NCBI GenBank assembly: GCA_965649215.1
Contig: CBFGJZ010000006.1
Location: 17,193-81,192, forward strand
Length of the DNA stretch: 64,000 nt
Reading direction: 5' to 3'
From: a candidate division WOR-3 bacterium
Lineage (GTDB): Bacteria; Hydrothermota; Tepidihabitantia; Tepidihabitantales; CAIPLT01
A model generated the notes under the pieces. The model did not search any database, was not told the origin of the DNA, and saw nothing but the letters and a program-made list of their open reading frames with translations. Each line of letters starts with the position of its first letter. Position 1 is the stretch's first letter. Position numbers and translations under genes: made by a program. This document shows, in pieces, positions 37,520-47,471 of the stretch.

Positions 37520-39397
37520 TTAAACCATAGGTTCTACTGTAAACAAAGGTTGTCCATATTCAACTGTTTGGCCATCTTTCGCTAATATTTCAACAATTCG
37601 ACATTTTTTTTCAGCTTCAATTTCATTCATAAGTTTCATTGCTTCAATAATACATAACGTTGAACCTGCTTCTATAACATCATTAATATTAACAAAAGGT
37701 GGGGCATCGGGACGAGGGCGAGAATAAAAAGTTCCCACCATTGGTGATTTAATTTGTTCTAATGTATGTTTAGAGGAAGGAGTTTGAATTTCATTGATAA
37801 CATCTGACTGTGGCTGAGATGGTGTATTAATTTTAGTAATTATTTGTGGTTCATTTGATATTTGTTGAGTAGGAACAGCATAGGTTTGATTAATTTTACG
37901 AATTTTAATTTTGTGACCAGAGCATTCCCATTCTAATTCAGCTAAATTATGTTTCGCTGCTAATTCAATTAATTCTCTTATAACCTCCATATCATCTTTA
38001 TTTTCTTGTTTCATAATATTTTTCCCCTCATCTTGTTTTATAATTTCTAGTTTTTCTGGGTTATCTCTTGTTTCAAAAAAATTTATAGCAATTTCTGGAA
38101 ATAATGCAAAAGTAATAAAATCTTCTTCTTTTTTAATATATTTTGAATTAACTTCTTTTTTTATTTTATTTAATACTGGTTCCAATAAATTTGCTGGTCG
38201 TTGAGATATAGGCCGTTCATTACCAAGAATTTTACGTCGTATTGTATCTTTTATAGGAACTGGTGGTTTCCCATATAATCCTCGTACATAATCTTTAACT
38301 TCATTAGGAATTATTTTATATCTTTCATTAGTGAGAACATTGAATACTGCTTGTACACCAACTATTTGGCTAGTCGGAGTTACTAACGGTGGATACCCTA
38401 AGTCTTTTCGTACTTTAGGAACTTCTTCTAATACTTCTCTCAGACGATGTTCTGCATTTTGCTGTTTTAATTGAACTATAAGATTCGAAACCATTCCTCC
38501 TGGTATTTGATGAATTGTAACCATTTCATCAATAATTTTATCATATTTTATATCACGTTTATTTTTGATTTGTTCTAAATAATTTGAGACCTCTTCGATT
38601 AAATTTTTATTCAGTTGTAATGTGTATTGGGTATTATCTAACATTGCAATTAAAGTTTCAATTGCTGGTTGAGAAGTTCCGAATGATAATGGTCCATGTG
38701 CCGTATCAACAATATCTACTCCTGCTTCAATCGCTTTTAGATAACTAGCAACTGCCATTCCACTTGATGCATGAGTATGAAGTTGTACTGGTAATCTTAT
38801 GTCCTCTTTTAAACGTTTAATCAATTCAAAAGAAATATGCGGGGCAAGAATTCCCGCCATATCTTTAATACAGATACTGTCTATTCCCAGATCAAGTTGT
38901 TTTTTAGCTATCTCTAAATAATATTCTATAGTATGAATAGGACTTATCGTGTAACATAAGGTACCTTGAGCATGCTTTTTATATTTTCTTACAAACTCTA
39001 TTGCCTTTTCAATATTACGAATGTCGTTTAAAGCATCAAAGATTCGAAAAATATCTATACCGCGTTCCACACTCTTTTCAATAAATGCTTCTAATAAATC
39101 ATCAGGATAGTTCCGATAACCGACAATATTTTGGCCACGCAACAACATCTGTAATTTCGTCTTTTTTACATATTTCTTTATTAAAGATAAACGTTCCCAT
39201 GGATCTTCATATAAATATCGCAAACACACATCAAATGTAGCTCCACCCCACATTTCCAATGACCAATAACCGATCTCGTCAATTTTTGATAAAATTGGTA
39301 ATATTTCTTCTGTTTTCATTCGTGTTGCCCATAATGATTGATGAGCATCACGAAAGGTTGTATCGGTAATTTTAATTTGTTTTGATTTTGCAAGCAT
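37520..39397 (-). CDS. Pyruvate carboxyltransferase fused to full AccB-type biotin carrier
   Basis: Same CT motifs, then IRELIELA..LAELE, SPMVGTFY, EAMKLMNEI. Confidence 0.9.
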   Translation of the reverse strand: MLAKSKQIKITDTTFRDAHQSLWATRMKTEEILPILSKIDEIGYWSLEMWGGATFDVCLRYLYEDPWERLSLIKKYVKKTKLQMLLRGQNIVGYRNYPDDLLEAFIEKSVERGIDIFRIFDALNDIRNIEKAIEFVRKYKKHAQGTLCYTISPIHTIEYYLEIAKKQLDLGIDSICIKDMAGILAPHISFELIKRLKEDIRLPVQLHTHASSGMAVASYLKAIEAGVDIVDTAHGPLSFGTSQPAIETLIAMLDNTQYTLQLNKNLIEEVSNYLEQIKNKRDIKYDKIIDEMVTIHQIPGGMVSNLIVQLKQQNAEHRLREVLEEVPKVRKDLGYPPLVTPTSQIVGVQAVFNVLTNERYKIIPNEVKDYVRGLYGKPPVPIKDTIRRKILGNERPISQRPANLLEPVLNKIKKEVNSKYIKKEEDFITFALFPEIAINFFETRDNPEKLEIIKQDEGKNIMKQENKDDMEVIRELIELAAKHNLAELEWECSGHKIKIRKINQTYAVPTQQISNEPQIITKINTPSQPQSDVINEIQTPSSKHTLEQIKSPMVGTFYSRPRPDAPPFVNINDVIEAGSTLCIIEAMKLMNEIEAEKKCRIVEILAKDGQTVEYGQPLFTVEPMV

Positions 39398-40763
39398 AAT
39401 ATTTTTGTAAATTGTAAATAATTTCTTCCATTTTTAAAGCTCGAGAGCCTTTGATAAGTATTTTATCACTTTTACATGTAATGTCAACCAATTTATTAAC
39501 AATATCAGAAATAGAATCTAATAAAAAAGTGTCTTTAACTTTATTATTTAATTTTGCTTGTTCTGCTATATAATGTGCATATTGACCAAAGGTGATAATT
39601 ATATCAATACCATTAGGGAAAGTTTCACCAACTTTCTTATGTAATTCTACGCTTTTCTCTCCTAATTCAAGCATATCACCTAATACAACTATTTTCTTAC
39701 CTTTAGCAGAAAAATTGGCAAATGTTTGAAGTGCCGCAATCATCGATTGCGGGTTAGCATTATATGCATCATTAAAAATTTCAATACCATTAATATCAAT
39801 CTTTTGCATTCTCATATCTAATAATTTAAATGATTTTAAATCATCAATGATCTTCTCCCAACTAATATTAAATATTTGAGCAACACTGATTGCGGCTAAT
39901 GCATTATAAATGTTATAGCGACCAGGAAAATTCAATCTGATTTTGTATTTATTAGATAACAAAAATTCACAGCCATTTTCACCAAAATCTTTTATATCAG
40001 TGGCATAAATATCAGCTGTATTATTAATACCGTAAGTTATTTTTTTTCTGAATTGAAAGATTTCACCGATTTCCATAACTAATGGATCATCTTTATTTAA
40101 AACTGCAATCCCTCTTGATGCAATCGATTCCAACAATTCCGCCTTTTCTTTCTGAACTCCTTGACGATTAGTTAAGTATAACAAATGACTATCACCAATG
40201 TTCGTCAAAACCCCAATATCTGGCAAGGAAATATCACATAATCGTTTAATACCACCATACTCATTCATTTCCATCTCTAAAATCAATACTTCTGTTTTTT
40301 TATCTATTTTAAGAACAGTTAAAGGAACACCAATATTATTATTATAACTATTTGGAACCTTAACAATATTATAACGATTCTGTAATAAGTGACTTATCAT
40401 TTCTTTGGTAGTAGATTTACCATTGCTACCTGTTATGGCAATTACCTGTGGAGAAAATTTTCTACGATAATATGCTGCTATATCACCTAATGCTTTCGTT
40501 GTATCCTGAACTAAAATTATATTAGCTAAAGTCTGACTGGTAGAAAATAATTTACTAACTATTAACGCTTTGGCACCATTTTTAATGGCATCAACACAAT
40601 AATCATGACCATCTAATCTTTGTCCTTTAATAGCAATGAAACAATCACCATCTTTTATTTTTCTCGAATCAATTTCAATATTATTAATAATATCTTGTTT
40701 TTTACCATCTATTAATTTTCCTTCACAAGCTTTTATTATTTCTTCTATCTTTAGTTTTTCCAT
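39372..40763 (-). CDS. murF: UDP-MurNAc-tripeptide--D-Ala-D-Ala ligase
   Basis: DSRK, ITGSNGKSTTKE, NNNIGVP, NDAYNANP, GDMLELG, KGSR. Confidence 0.95.
   Translation of the reverse strand: MEKLKIEEIIKACEGKLIDGKKQDIINNIEIDSRKIKDGDCFIAIKGQRLDGHDYCVDAIKNGAKALIVSKLFSTSQTLANIILVQDTTKALGDIAAYYRRKFSPQVIAITGSNGKSTTKEMISHLLQNRYNIVKVPNSYNNNIGVPLTVLKIDKKTEVLILEMEMNEYGGIKRLCDISLPDIGVLTNIGDSHLLYLTNRQGVQKEKAELLESIASRGIAVLNKDDPLVMEIGEIFQFRKKITYGINNTADIYATDIKDFGENGCEFLLSNKYKIRLNFPGRYNIYNALAAISVAQIFNISWEKIIDDLKSFKLLDMRMQKIDINGIEIFNDAYNANPQSMIAALQTFANFSAKGKKIVVLGDMLELGEKSVELHKKVGETFPNGIDIIITFGQYAHYIAEQAKLNNKVKDTFLLDSISDIVNKLVDITCKSDKILIKGSRALKMEEIIYNLQKYYACKIKTN
39460..39487 (-). promoter_or_regulatory. Internal promoter in murF 3' end for the carboxyltransferase genes
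   Basis: TTGACA-N16-TAAAAT with TG extension. Confidence 0.5.
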
Positions 40764-40764
40764 T

Positions 40765-41793
40765 TTAGTAGATAAACATAGCATCACCGAAACTATAAAA
40801 ACGAAATTTATTTTTTATTGCATAATCATAAGCTTTGAAAATATATTCTTTCGTTGCAAAAGCTGATACTAGTAATAATAAAGTGGATTTCGGAAGATGA
40901 AAATTAGTAATTATCGCATCAACTATCTTAAATTGATAAGGAGGATATATAAATAATTTAGTATTAGTATGTGCTGGTTTAACTTGCCATACACCATCTC
41001 TTTGAATATTTGCTTGTGATTCTAATGCTCTGACAACAGTTGTACCAACTGCAATTACTCTTCTTTTATCTTTTTTAGCCATATTAATTGCTTGACTGGC
41101 TTGTACACTAATTTCAAATTCTTCTGAATACATCTTATGTTCTTCGACAATTTCAGTTAAAATTGGTCGAAAAGTACCCAAGCTCGCATGTAAAGTAATC
41201 ATTTCAACAAATATTCCTTTTGCTTTGATTTTTTCAAGTAGTTTTTCTGTAAAATGTAATCCTGCTGTAGGAGATGCGATCGCACCAGGTGTCTGCGCAT
41301 AGACGGTTTGATAGCGATCTAAATCAGGTATTTTTGTTTTAATATACGGAGGTAAAGCAATTTCACCCTGCTCGTTCATGATCTCAAAAGCATTTTTTCC
41401 GAAAAACTCAATAATTCTTAGACCTGTTTCTTTATACTCGACAACTTTTGCAAAAGCGCCATTAAATTTTATGGTAGATCCCACTTTTAGTTTTTTAGCT
41501 GGTTTTGAAAGAGCTTCCCATGTGTTTTTTTTTATACTCTTTATTAAAAGTATTTCAATTTCTTGATTAGTATCTTCTAATTTACCTAAAATACGCGCAG
41601 GAATAACCTTTGTTTGATTTAGAACTAATAAATCACCAGGAATCAAATAATTAACAATATTTTCAAATATAGTTTCTAAAATCTCGCCGCTTTTTCTATT
41701 AAGTAATAACAATCTTGATTCGTCACGCTTTTCTAAAGGATATTGAGCAATTAATTCTTTAGGAAGAAAATAATCAAAGTCTTTAACTAACAT
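40765..41793 (-). CDS. queA: SAM:tRNA ribosyltransferase-isomerase
   Basis: DFDYFLP, LPPYI, RYQTVYA, PTAGLHF, TNFHLPKSTL, FYSFGDAM. Confidence 0.97.
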   Translation of the reverse strand: MLVKDFDYFLPKELIAQYPLEKRDESRLLLLNRKSGEILETIFENIVNYLIPGDLLVLNQTKVIPARILGKLEDTNQEIEILLIKSIKKNTWEALSKPAKKLKVGSTIKFNGAFAKVVEYKETGLRIIEFFGKNAFEIMNEQGEIALPPYIKTKIPDLDRYQTVYAQTPGAIASPTAGLHFTEKLLEKIKAKGIFVEMITLHASLGTFRPILTEIVEEHKMYSEEFEISVQASQAINMAKKDKRRVIAVGTTVVRALESQANIQRDGVWQVKPAHTNTKLFIYPPYQFKIVDAIITNFHLPKSTLLLLVSAFATKEYIFKAYDYAIKNKFRFYSFGDAMFIY

Positions 41794-41800
41794 TATAAAT

Positions 41801-41829
41801 AGAATAAAATTAAAAAACTAGATAGTCAA
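41801..41829 (-). promoter_or_regulatory. sigma70 promoter, leaderless queA
   Basis: TTGACT-N17-TATTCT; ATG 7 nt later. Confidence 0.7.
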
Positions 41830-41865
41830 GTATATTCTATAATCGCTTTATAATTTATTTATTTT

Positions 41866-42555
41866 TTATTCAATTCTTAATGATTTACCGTACCCAAAAC
41901 CATAATTGCCATCATCAACATCTTGGGTGCTCCATAATAAATCATTGCGATAACTTGGGGAAAACGTATAACTAGATCATGATAAAAAAGTATTTAAATA
42001 ATTTATTTTTAGATCCAACACTATAATTTCTTAATCTCTTTCTCCCCTAATAACAAAAAAATATTTATCTGACGTATTGATACCTTTTACAAATCTGTGC
42101 TCTTTAGTGTAAATTATTATTTTATTTATTTTTCTTGCCAACCATTTTTAAAATTTATAAATCGGATATATTTCTTTTTGATTAGTTAGTAAGCATATTT
42201 TTTGGAAAAAACTGAATTGTTATCATAAAGAAATATATTTGAATAGAGTAATATTTTATTTCATTGATAAATTCTGTTTGTATAAATCTGGATAATAAAT
42301 CTTTGACAATTTATTTGTTTTGTAATTATAAAAAATTGTAAGATTATCAATATTAAAATCATAATCGGTCATCATGTCATCATATTCATAACAAGTATTG
42401 ATTAAACAATAACCCTCGTTGTCGCCATTTATAGTAATTATAACTGTCACAATTAATTGCTATATTATAATAAAAGACCTATCTTCTATTACAATTTCTT
42501 CAGTAGGTGTAATTATTACTTTTTGTGATTTTCTGCAAGTGGCATTAAGTTTTAT
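41866..42555 (-). pseudogene. Possible decayed gene remnant
   Basis: Protein-like minus-strand fragments interrupted by stops (TAG at 42460-42462) within an 860-bp gap. Confidence 0.35.
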
Positions 42556-42615
42556 TTATAGTAATTAAAGCCTTTATTTTAATTTAATTATAATTTTATT
42601 ATTAATAAATACTAA

Positions 42616-42644
42616 TTGACTTTAAGATATCTCTTAAATATAAT
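42616..42644 (+). promoter_or_regulatory. sigma70 promoter, (near-)leaderless ispD
   Basis: TTGACT-N17-TATAAT; GTG 8 nt later. Confidence 0.7.
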
Positions 42645-42652
42645 AATGAATT

Positions 42653-43312
42653 GTGAATACTGCAATTATTCTTGCGGCCGGGCAAGGTCAACGTTTTGGA
42701 CGACTAAAGCAATTTATTATCCTTAATGGAAAACCAGTTGTATATTATAGTTTATATAAATTTAGCCGTTCCTCCTGTGTTGATAATATTATTGTAGTAA
42801 CTCTCAAATCAAAAATATCTTATTTGAACAAATTAATAAAAAAATATAATTTCCCTAAAATATCAAATATTGTCTTTGGTGGTAAAACACGTCAAGACTC
42901 TGTGGCTAATGCTTTAAAACTAATATTATCAAAAGGCTATGTTGCTATTCACGACGCAGCGCGGCCTAACTTTCCCGAAGGATTTATTCAAGTCGGTTTT
43001 AAATTAGTAAAAAAGTTTAAAGCAATTATTCCAGTTATACCAATTACTGATACCATTAAAATGATTAATCATAATCAAGTGATTCAAACAATTGATCGTA
43101 AGTCATTATATTATGTTCAAACACCTCAGTTTTTTGAACTCGATTTAATAAAAAAAGCCTATGATGTTGCGGCACAAAAAAAGTACAATACAACAGACGA
43201 TGCATCTTTAATTGAAAAATTAGGTTTTAAAGTATATACATTTAAAGGTACCAAATCTAATATTAAATTAACAGATTATGAAGATTTTATTTTATTAAAA
43301 AAAATTATATGA
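42653..43312 (+). CDS. ispD: MEP cytidylyltransferase
   Basis: LAAGQGQRFG, KQF, GGKTRQDSV, HDAARP, VQTPQ, TDDA, NIKLT. Confidence 0.95.
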   Translation: MNTAIILAAGQGQRFGRLKQFIILNGKPVVYYSLYKFSRSSCVDNIIVVTLKSKISYLNKLIKKYNFPKISNIVFGGKTRQDSVANALKLILSKGYVAIHDAARPNFPEGFIQVGFKLVKKFKAIIPVIPITDTIKMINHNQVIQTIDRKSLYYVQTPQFFELDLIKKAYDVAAQKKYNTTDDASLIEKLGFKVYTFKGTKSNIKLTDYEDFILLKKII

Positions 43313-44451
43313 AAAAAATAGCAATTGTGGGTTCAACGGGTTCGATTGGAAAAGCATCAATAAAAGTAATTCGACATTTGAAATCAAAATTCTTAATTTA
43401 TGCTTTAGCAGCAAAAGAAAATTATCGTATATTAGCTGAACAAATATTAGCTCTTAAGCCCAAAATAATTGTTGTTGGTGATAGTCAAATAAGAGAAAAA
43501 TTATATAAATTAATTTCTCGTCATACCACAAACATTCAAATTTTAACAGGTGAAGATGGTTTAAATACAATTGCCACTGATCATAAGATTGATATAATTG
43601 TTTTTGCAATGACAGGCACTTCTGGAATTATACCCTTAATTAATGCTATAAAGCATCGTAAGCAAATTGCTTTGGCAACAAAAGAGCTTTTAGTAAGTTT
43701 TGGAAAAATAATAATGCATTATGCACAGCAATATAATATTAAAATAGTACCCATCGATTCTGAACTGGTTGGTCTTCATCAATGTTTTACTGGACATAGT
43801 ATTAACCAAGTTAAAAGAATAATAATCACTGCTTCTGGTGGTCCTTTTTACCAAAGAACAAATCTAAAAAATATCTCAATAAATGAAGCACTCAGGCATC
43901 CAATTTGGCAAATGGGGAAAAAAAATACTATTGATTCTGCCACCTTAGCAAATAAAGGGTTGGAAATAATTGAGGCTGCTCATCTTTTTTCAATTCCCTC
44001 AGAAAAAATTCAAGTCGTTATTCATCCTCAAAGTATTATTCATGCACTAATTGAGTTAAATGATAATTCTGTTATTGCTCAATTGGCTATGCCGGACATG
44101 AAAATTTGCATTCAATATGCTTTGACTTATCCTGAGCGACTTCCATCGATGATAAAACCAATTGATTTTTCAAATTTACAATTAACATTCTTAAAACCTA
44201 ATTTTAAAAAATTTCCTGCATTACAATTAGCGTATCAAGCATTAAGAATAAACGGTATTGCACCCTGTGTTTATAATTCTGCTAATGAAGTTGCCGTAAA
44301 CTATTTTTTAGAGGGAAAGATCGACTTTACAATGATACCGAAAATAATCAAAAAAACACTACAAAACATGCCAATTATTAAAAATCCATCATTAACGCAA
44401 TTATTAAAATATCAATCATTAAGTAAAAAATATGCACAGAGTTTAATATGA
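43309..44451 (+). CDS. dxr: 1-deoxy-D-xylulose 5-phosphate reductoisomerase
   Basis: GSTGSIG, PIDSE, TASGGPF, HPIWQMG, DSAT, NKGLE, HPQSIIH. Confidence 0.95.
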   Translation: MKKIAIVGSTGSIGKASIKVIRHLKSKFLIYALAAKENYRILAEQILALKPKIIVVGDSQIREKLYKLISRHTTNIQILTGEDGLNTIATDHKIDIIVFAMTGTSGIIPLINAIKHRKQIALATKELLVSFGKIIMHYAQQYNIKIVPIDSELVGLHQCFTGHSINQVKRIIITASGGPFYQRTNLKNISINEALRHPIWQMGKKNTIDSATLANKGLEIIEAAHLFSIPSEKIQVVIHPQSIIHALIELNDNSVIAQLAMPDMKICIQYALTYPERLPSMIKPIDFSNLQLTFLKPNFKKFPALQLAYQALRINGIAPCVYNSANEVAVNYFLEGKIDFTMIPKIIKKTLQNMPIIKNPSLTQLLKYQSLSKKYAQSLI

Positions 44452-45704
44452 TATCATCAATTTTTTTAGTGGCTATCGTAATTGGATCGTTAGTAATTAT
44501 CCATGAATTTGGACATTTGTTTTCAGCAAAATTATTAAAAATACCAGTCGAAATTTTTTCAGTTGGTTTTGGTCCTGTTATAGTTAAAAGACGTTTTGGC
44601 TCAACTGAATATCGCTTATCAATCATCCCATTAGGAGGTTATATTAAGCTAACCGGTGATGAACCTGATGCGAATATAGGTTTTAATACTGTACCATTTA
44701 TTAAAAAGGCATTAGTTATAATTTCTGGACCAATCGCTAATTTTATCTTAGGAATTATTTTAACTATTATCCTTTATAGCAGTTTTGGTGTTTCTATAAT
44801 CGAACCCAAAATCATCATCGATGATGCAAACCTTACTACTTATTTACAAACCGGCGATGAAATTATCAAAATCAATGCTGATACTATAAAAAGCTGGGAC
44901 GATGTTGAAAAACATTATCAATCTAACATTGGCCAAAAAGTTATATTGACATTAAAACGAAAAGAACAATTATTAAGAATTGAATATTTAATTAATAGTG
45001 AAAGCATTCCGTTCCGCCCCCTGGTAAAACCAATTATTGAAAGAGTAAAAAAATCGAGTCCTGCGGATAAAATTGGAATTAAAAAAGATGATTTAATTCT
45101 ACAAATTGATACGGTACCAATATATGAATGGAGTCAATTTGTAAATCTTATTCAAGATATTAATACAAAAAAGCATTATCTAAAATGGCAAAGAGCAAAT
45201 CGTATTTTTGAAGATAGCATTACTGTTTTAATCACCCAAGATGACTTAAGTAAGACGAAAATCGGAACAATCGGAGTCTGGGTCAAATTACCAGAAAAAA
45301 AATTGCCAATTTTACAATCAATTCTAACGGCTACTAAACGTTCAGTTTATGTTGCGATTCAAACAGTTGTAATATTATATAAAATCATTATTGGCGAAAT
45401 CTCCAAATCAGCAATTGGAGGCCCAGTTATGGTTGGTAAACTTACTTATGAAGGTGCTCAATGGGGTATTAAATATCTTTTAGGTTTGTGGGCAATCCTC
45501 TCGATTAATTTATGTGTCATAAATCTCTTTCCAATACCAATTTTAGATGGCGGACGAGTTTTACTCTTTGCAATTGAAAGTAGCATAAGGAAAAAATTTA
45601 CAAAAAAGCAATGGGAATTTGCATTCTATATCGGTTATGCTTTAATTGCCATCTTGCTGATTTTTGCTTTATCGAATGATTTAACTCGTTTAATAAAAAA
45701 ATAA
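44448..45704 (+). CDS. rseP: Site-2 (RIP) metalloprotease
   Basis: HEFGH, PLGGY, GPIAN, two PDZ-like segments, NLFPIPILDGG. Confidence 0.95.
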   Translation: MISSIFLVAIVIGSLVIIHEFGHLFSAKLLKIPVEIFSVGFGPVIVKRRFGSTEYRLSIIPLGGYIKLTGDEPDANIGFNTVPFIKKALVIISGPIANFILGIILTIILYSSFGVSIIEPKIIIDDANLTTYLQTGDEIIKINADTIKSWDDVEKHYQSNIGQKVILTLKRKEQLLRIEYLINSESIPFRPLVKPIIERVKKSSPADKIGIKKDDLILQIDTVPIYEWSQFVNLIQDINTKKHYLKWQRANRIFEDSITVLITQDDLSKTKIGTIGVWVKLPEKKLPILQSILTATKRSVYVAIQTVVILYKIIIGEISKSAIGGPVMVGKLTYEGAQWGIKYLLGLWAILSINLCVINLFPIPILDGGRVLLFAIESSIRKKFTKKQWEFAFYIGYALIAILLIFALSNDLTRLIKK

Positions 45705-46062
45705 ATATTTATGCCAATCGTTTTATATTCACCATGTTGTAAAGTTTTTCGACTTTAATATACTAGATCACCATACCTATTATTAATTATTGAAATCATA
45801 AATTCAAAGATGTGAACTAATTAGTTAATTATTTTGTTGTGTTTTTTTATATAATATATTCATAATCAATAACTAACAATAAAAATCTGTATTTTAGGGG
45901 TATAGTGCTCTACTTTAAATTTTGATATTAATAGGATTGAATGATGTAAATTAGTTTTGTAGATTTAGTATTTATCAGGAAATTTAGATATCAAAGTTCT
46001 TCTAAAGATATTTATTATTTATGATCTATGATTCAGTTTTATAATTAAATAATTTATCTCTG

Positions 46063-46275
46063 TTAATTTGTCTCTTTAGATTTTGATTTATTTATCATAC
46101 TTACTAAAACTCCAATTACAAATCCTATAGCTGTAGTGATTATTAGTAATAATATTAAGGGCATTTGTATTGAGATAAAAAGAATATGCGCTTGGACAGG
46201 TGCTCGATTCTGAATGATTACAATGACAAGAATAATGACTAATATAATTATACTAATCAACTTCTTAATGTTCAT
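46063..46275 (-). CDS. LapA-family small membrane protein
   Basis: TM-IIQN..PV..ILF..MPL-TM pattern; SD GGAG. Confidence 0.8.
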   Translation of the reverse strand: MNIKKLISIIILVIILVIVIIQNRAPVQAHILFISIQMPLILLLIITTAIGFVIGVLVSMINKSKSKETN

Positions 46276-46390
46276 ATTATCCTATCTCCTTTTTTAGAAT
46301 AAATAATCTCAATAAATGTTAATTTAATAATCAATAATGTCAATATTAAATATATCTAAATGCAGTGAATTATAATGTTAACATTACCTA

Positions 46391-46418
46391 TTGACAAAAG
46401 TATTTTTTTTGTTAAAGT
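46391..46418 (+). promoter_or_regulatory. sigma70 promoter of the hydrogenase operon
   Basis: TTGACA-N16-TAAAGT; ATG 12 nt later. Confidence 0.55.
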
Positions 46419-46430
46419 TTTATTCAAATA

Positions 46431-47471
46431 ATGGCTATTTTATATTTAAGTCGATATAACTTAAATAAGTGGTTAGAAAAAATTGCCGTTAAATATTTAG
46501 TATACATACCCACATATCAAGAAAATAAACTACATTATAAAAAAATAACAACTATTAATGAATTGCCGGAAGAACAATTATTCAACAAGGCATTACAACA
46601 AATTCGGGTAACTGAATCATTAAAAGGCTTTTTCTTTAGTCCTAAAGTCTTAGTCGCTGGTTTAAACAAAACGGTTCAAATAGATATTAATATTGATAAA
46701 AGTCCACGTATTATTTTTGGTGCTAAAAATTGTGATTTACATCCACTACAGGTTCATCAGAAAATGTATCTAGAAAATGAATATTGTGACAATTTATATA
46801 AATCAGAATTAGAACGAACATTAATCATTGCTGCTGACTGTCCTTATCCCCAAGAAACTTGCTTTTGTAATTTAGTTGGATTAAATCCGTATCCTGAAAA
46901 AGGAGCAGATATTATCATTAGTGTTCTTGAAACAGGTTATCTTTTTGAAACTATAACTGTCAAAGGTAATGAACTTATTCATAGTACCAATCACTTCTTT
47001 CAAGAAGCATCCCTGGAAGACATTAAACAACGAGATTTATTGCGAGAACAAGCAATAAAAAAGTTGCATAGTACAAATGATTTAGTACTCAAAAAAGAAA
47101 TACCTCTTTTAATTGAACAAAAACATGATGAAAAATTTTGGCAACATCATGCTGATAAGTGTGTTGAATGTTTTGGTTGTTTAATGGTGTGTCCAACCTG
47201 TTTTTGTTTTCTTTTATATGATACGCCTATTAACGATGAAGGATTTAAAAGATATAAAATTTGGGATGCCTGTTATTTTAGTGCTTATGCTCGAGTTGGT
47301 GGAGGCATGAATACACGCCCTGAATTTTGGAAACGTTTTCGCAATCGATTCCATTGTAAATTTATGAATTTTAAAAATGACTATAATTTTTTTGCTTGTT
47401 CCGGATGTAATCGATGTTATTTAGTATGTATGGGTAAAATTGATATCAGAAACATACTTAAATCACTATGA
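46431..47471 (+). CDS. AsrA/HydB(beta)-like multi-[4Fe-4S] subunit
   Basis: FGAKNCD, CFC, CVECFGCLMVCPTCFC, WDAC, CSGCNRCYLVC. Confidence 0.88.
   Translation: MAILYLSRYNLNKWLEKIAVKYLVYIPTYQENKLHYKKITTINELPEEQLFNKALQQIRVTESLKGFFFSPKVLVAGLNKTVQIDINIDKSPRIIFGAKNCDLHPLQVHQKMYLENEYCDNLYKSELERTLIIAADCPYPQETCFCNLVGLNPYPEKGADIIISVLETGYLFETITVKGNELIHSTNHFFQEASLEDIKQRDLLREQAIKKLHSTNDLVLKKEIPLLIEQKHDEKFWQHHADKCVECFGCLMVCPTCFCFLLYDTPINDEGFKRYKIWDACYFSAYARVGGGMNTRPEFWKRFRNRFHCKFMNFKNDYNFFACSGCNRCYLVCMGKIDIRNILKSL

Noticed and set aside
42460-42462. Pyrrolysine or recoded TAG readthrough
   Set aside because: TAG acts as a normal stop elsewhere in the window (e.g. 53421, 56805, 63508), and the region has further stops.
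45711-45758. Short ORF MPIVLYSPCCKVFRL after rseP
   Set aside because: 15 codons, no SD or other support.
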